In this document: positions 61,331-64,000 of the stretch, piece after piece
Position numbering within the stretch: the stretch's first letter is position 1
How the letters are laid out: each line of letters opens with the position of its first letter
NCBI GenBank assembly: GCA_963727825.1
Contig: CAVSHO010000011.1
Coordinates: 64,001 to 128,000 of the forward strand
Reading direction: 5' to 3'
Length of the DNA: 64,000 nt
Source of the DNA: Ignavibacteriota bacterium
Lineage (GTDB): Bacteria; Bacteroidota; Ignavibacteria; UBA10030
Notes under the pieces: generated by a model
Told to the model about the DNA's origin: nothing
Database searches by the model: none
The model's input: only the letters and a program-made list of their open reading frames with translations
Made by a program: the position numbers and the translations under genes

Positions 61331-63427
61331 TTAAATATTTCCTAACCACTTCATTACAATGAGTGTTACATCATCATTATACGTTCCTTGACCGATAAAA
61401 GTTCGAACGCTGCTTAAAATCTGTTCTTTCATTTCGTTTGCTGAACAATCAGTGCATTTACCTGCTATTTGCATCAATCGCTCGTATCCGTATTCTTCCA
61501 TTTCTGCATTGCGCGATTCGGTGATGCCATCGGTATAGAAAATGCAAATGTCACCATGTTGAAGTACAATAGCGCGTTCCTCAATCGCTTGATCAAACTG
61601 AGACTTATCTGTCAATCCCAGCCCAATACCTGTTGGTCGTATTAATTCAACAGAATTGCACGAAGCATAAATCATTGGACAATGCCCCGCACGAGCAATG
61701 GTGAGTGTTGCGTTCCGAACATCAAGCACACCGTATATTGCACTAATAAACATATTCTTTTCTAAAGTTTCCATTAGTGCATCATTTGTCCGTGAAAGTA
61801 ACTCCTGCGGTGTCGTACAAATTTTACTTAACGACATTATGATTCCTTTTAACTCTGCCATATAAAATGCGGCAGAGACGCCTTTTCCCGACACATCGCC
61901 AATGACAATTCCAATACGCTCACCAGGAAGAGCAATGACATCGTAATAATCTCCGCCGACTTCCAACGAAGACTCAGACACCGCCGCAAATTCAGCTGAT
62001 GATAATTGTGGCAAAGATTGAGGGAGCAAACGTTTTTGCATCCGTTGTGCCACCATCATTTCTTGATGCAGTCGCTCTCTCTCGATTGATTTGGAAATCA
62101 AGCGTGAATTTTCTATTGCGATACTAACATGGTCTGCAAACGTTGTCATCACATCAATATCATCTTGATCAAATGCATTCTGAAAGTCTTTCGTAGCATG
62201 CAAAACGCCGATAAGTTTTCCATGGGATAGAAGCGGAATAGTGAGCAAAGAACCGCGTGCAAATCCCTTTTCTTTAAGATGTTTCGTCCTCCGATCCGAC
62301 CAAATATCTTCAATGAGCAATGCTTTGTGCGAATCAATAAGATAACGCATTAATTGTGTCCCATCATCCGCAGCTACAAGATCAATCTCATGTTGACTAA
62401 TGTTGCGCTTGGCTACTAATTCAACTGATATCTCGCCCGTGTTATCGTCTATAGAAAAAAGTTCCAACCAGACACTGCGTGCGCCGCATACTTCTGATGT
62501 CATCTGTGTAACAGTGTTTAACAAGTCATTGAAATCGAACACCTGGGTCACTAAACGGCTCAAGTTATGCAGCGACAACAACTCAGACTGTTTCCGTTCG
62601 AAGACTTCCGCTGTCGGTAAGTGAAATAATGTACTTATAAATGTAACACTAAAATAAATTGTACCGAATATTACATTTAACTGGATAAATGTATGCAGTG
62701 GCCCGCTGTATGCAACCAGATTTTCACCACCTCCCGATCTTTGAGCAAGATATACATCCAATATAACGAGAGTGATAAAAAGTAACATTGAATATATGAT
62801 TGAATATTTTTTTTCACGTTTCGAGAGATATACAATCCAATTTTGCTTAAACGAATTTATAATAATCAACACAACTGTCAATGAAAAGAATATCGAAGCT
62901 AATATATTACCCTCCGGTAGAAGAAAGGGAATATCAGCGGCGCATGCCGCAAAGAGAAGCAGAAGATAAGCAAAATAATATCGCCAGGTTGTTTTACGGC
63001 GTTTGAAAAGCACTAAGTCGTGGATAATAATCAGCAAATACAAAGACAGCACTCCAAGAACTAAAGCAATAAGAGTTGAAGCAAGTAGTACCAATGCTGA
63101 TTTGTGAATGTGGAAAGATTCATCTCCAAAGATATAATGAGGTTGGATAAATGAACAAATTGCTATAACAATCAAGGAAAGAACAACTGCAAAAAATACC
63201 CGTCCAATTTCTCTCGGAGCGTTGCGCTGTGACATTTTTCGTCGTTTTTCAAGGAACAACCCGATGAGTGTGAATGAGCCGAGAACGAAGAGTTCACGTA
63301 GGATAGTGACACTTGCGTTGTCAAACTCAACTGCAGCGCCTATAACGTCGTATATAAATACAAGTGGTAAAAGAATTGCCGGTATAACCAGTAACGCTAA
63401 TCTTTTTGTCGCAGATATATTAACCAT
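61331..63427 (-). CDS. Membrane-bound GAF-SpoIIE phosphatase
   Basis: About 8 TM segments, a GAF domain, and VGGDYYD, GDVSGKG, YTDGI, DDVT motifs. Confidence 0.9.
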   Translation of the reverse strand: MVNISATKRLALLVIPAILLPLVFIYDVIGAAVEFDNASVTILRELFVLGSFTLIGLFLEKRRKMSQRNAPREIGRVFFAVVLSLIVIAICSFIQPHYIFGDESFHIHKSALVLLASTLIALVLGVLSLYLLIIIHDLVLFKRRKTTWRYYFAYLLLLFAACAADIPFLLPEGNILASIFFSLTVVLIIINSFKQNWIVYLSKREKKYSIIYSMLLFITLVILDVYLAQRSGGGENLVAYSGPLHTFIQLNVIFGTIYFSVTFISTLFHLPTAEVFERKQSELLSLHNLSRLVTQVFDFNDLLNTVTQMTSEVCGARSVWLELFSIDDNTGEISVELVAKRNISQHEIDLVAADDGTQLMRYLIDSHKALLIEDIWSDRRTKHLKEKGFARGSLLTIPLLSHGKLIGVLHATKDFQNAFDQDDIDVMTTFADHVSIAIENSRLISKSIERERLHQEMMVAQRMQKRLLPQSLPQLSSAEFAAVSESSLEVGGDYYDVIALPGERIGIVIGDVSGKGVSAAFYMAELKGIIMSLSKICTTPQELLSRTNDALMETLEKNMFISAIYGVLDVRNATLTIARAGHCPMIYASCNSVELIRPTGIGLGLTDKSQFDQAIEERAIVLQHGDICIFYTDGITESRNAEMEEYGYERLMQIAGKCTDCSANEMKEQILSSVRTFIGQGTYNDDVTLIVMKWLGNI

Positions 63428-63748
63428 TACTCGCTATCCATAATATATCTCAACATATTTTCAGAATAGACCAATGATTATGTTCTTCTGATGCACTATT
63501 AGATTGACAATGAGTTTGCAGCACTACTTGTTCTTCGTAATAATTGACTAAAAGTTGCGGAAAAGCAGCAATATTTTAAATGTGAATAATAGAATAATAA
63601 CAGGCATGACTGACATCCGATAACTTCATCATGGCATTCCTGGATTCACTCGCAACTTACAATTTACAGCGAATAAAAAACCGCAAATAGTTTCTATTTT
63701 ATATATATCATAGAAACACATTTACGGCCTTCTCGTTTGATAGAAAAT

Positions 63749-64000
63749 CTATATGCTATATTCTGCGATGAAACGATCAACATCGCGGGCATATGAGGAA
63801 GAGGGAAATTCTTTTTTTAGCGTCTGAAGAAGTTCTATAGCTTTTTCTTTCTTCCCAGCCGCCGCAAAGTTTACTGCCGATTTCTGTAAGTTTTCCGGCG
63901 TTTGTATCGTCGTCATATTTTTCGATGCCGCTTTTTCAAAATAGGAAGCCGCATGGCTGAAATCGCCTTTCGCTTCATAACAAGACGCCATTCCTGCATA
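63749..64000 (-). CDS. Tetratricopeptide repeat protein (3' part)
   Basis: TPR-like helices ending KEFPSSSYARD. The frame is open to the window edge. Confidence 0.75.
   Translation of the reverse strand, partial: YAGMASCYEAKGDFSHAASYFEKAASKNMTTIQTPENLQKSAVNFAAAGKKEKAIELLQTLKKEFPSSSYARDVDRFIAEYSI

Noticed and set aside
58674-63427. Rsb partner-switching cluster as a novel system
   Set aside because: RsbU/V/W-like modules are well known and the architecture is ordinary.

Overview
The window looks like chromosomal DNA from an Ignavibacteria/Bacteroidota-like bacterium (inferred from T9SS C-terminal domains 'QNYPNPFNP' and gene content). It has four parts. (1) 1-11.1 kb: a putative sigma54-driven fimbrial-like locus with two DUF4402 pilin-like genes (one with an internal TAA), a PapD-like chaperone and a >2,500-aa repeat-rich adhesin that runs off the window and is missing from the ORF track. 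A sensor-less histidine kinase is transcribed divergently. (2) 11.3-36.4 kb: a decaying minus-strand integron cassette array with about 14 full, half or degenerate attC sites and no integrase in the window (CALIN-like). Cassettes include a B1 metallo-beta-lactamase with Gly at the His116 position, ICMT, CPBP, two methyltransferases, SET, tricorn protease, a flavodoxin-like protein, VOC and a T9SS cargo protein. An mgtA/tRNA-fragment block and an AT-rich PDH block interrupt the array. The most striking observation is that most attC sites carry 15-55-nt GC-rich micro-palindrome insertions of about six recurring types, many in the middle of the L boxes, with empty-site alleles present in the same array. 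(3) 36.6-39.3 kb: a remnant element next to tRNA-Phe with a ubiquitin-like gene, a broken partner gene and iteron-like repeats. (4) 39.5-64 kb: housekeeping genes (acyl-CoA dehydrogenase, enoyl reductase, glmS, pgeF, NtrY-like kinase, pyrR-pyrB-pyrC with a PyrR attenuator, tRNA-Val, tRNA-Ala, nadK, leuS, Rsb partner-switching cluster). All calls are made by eye without database searches.
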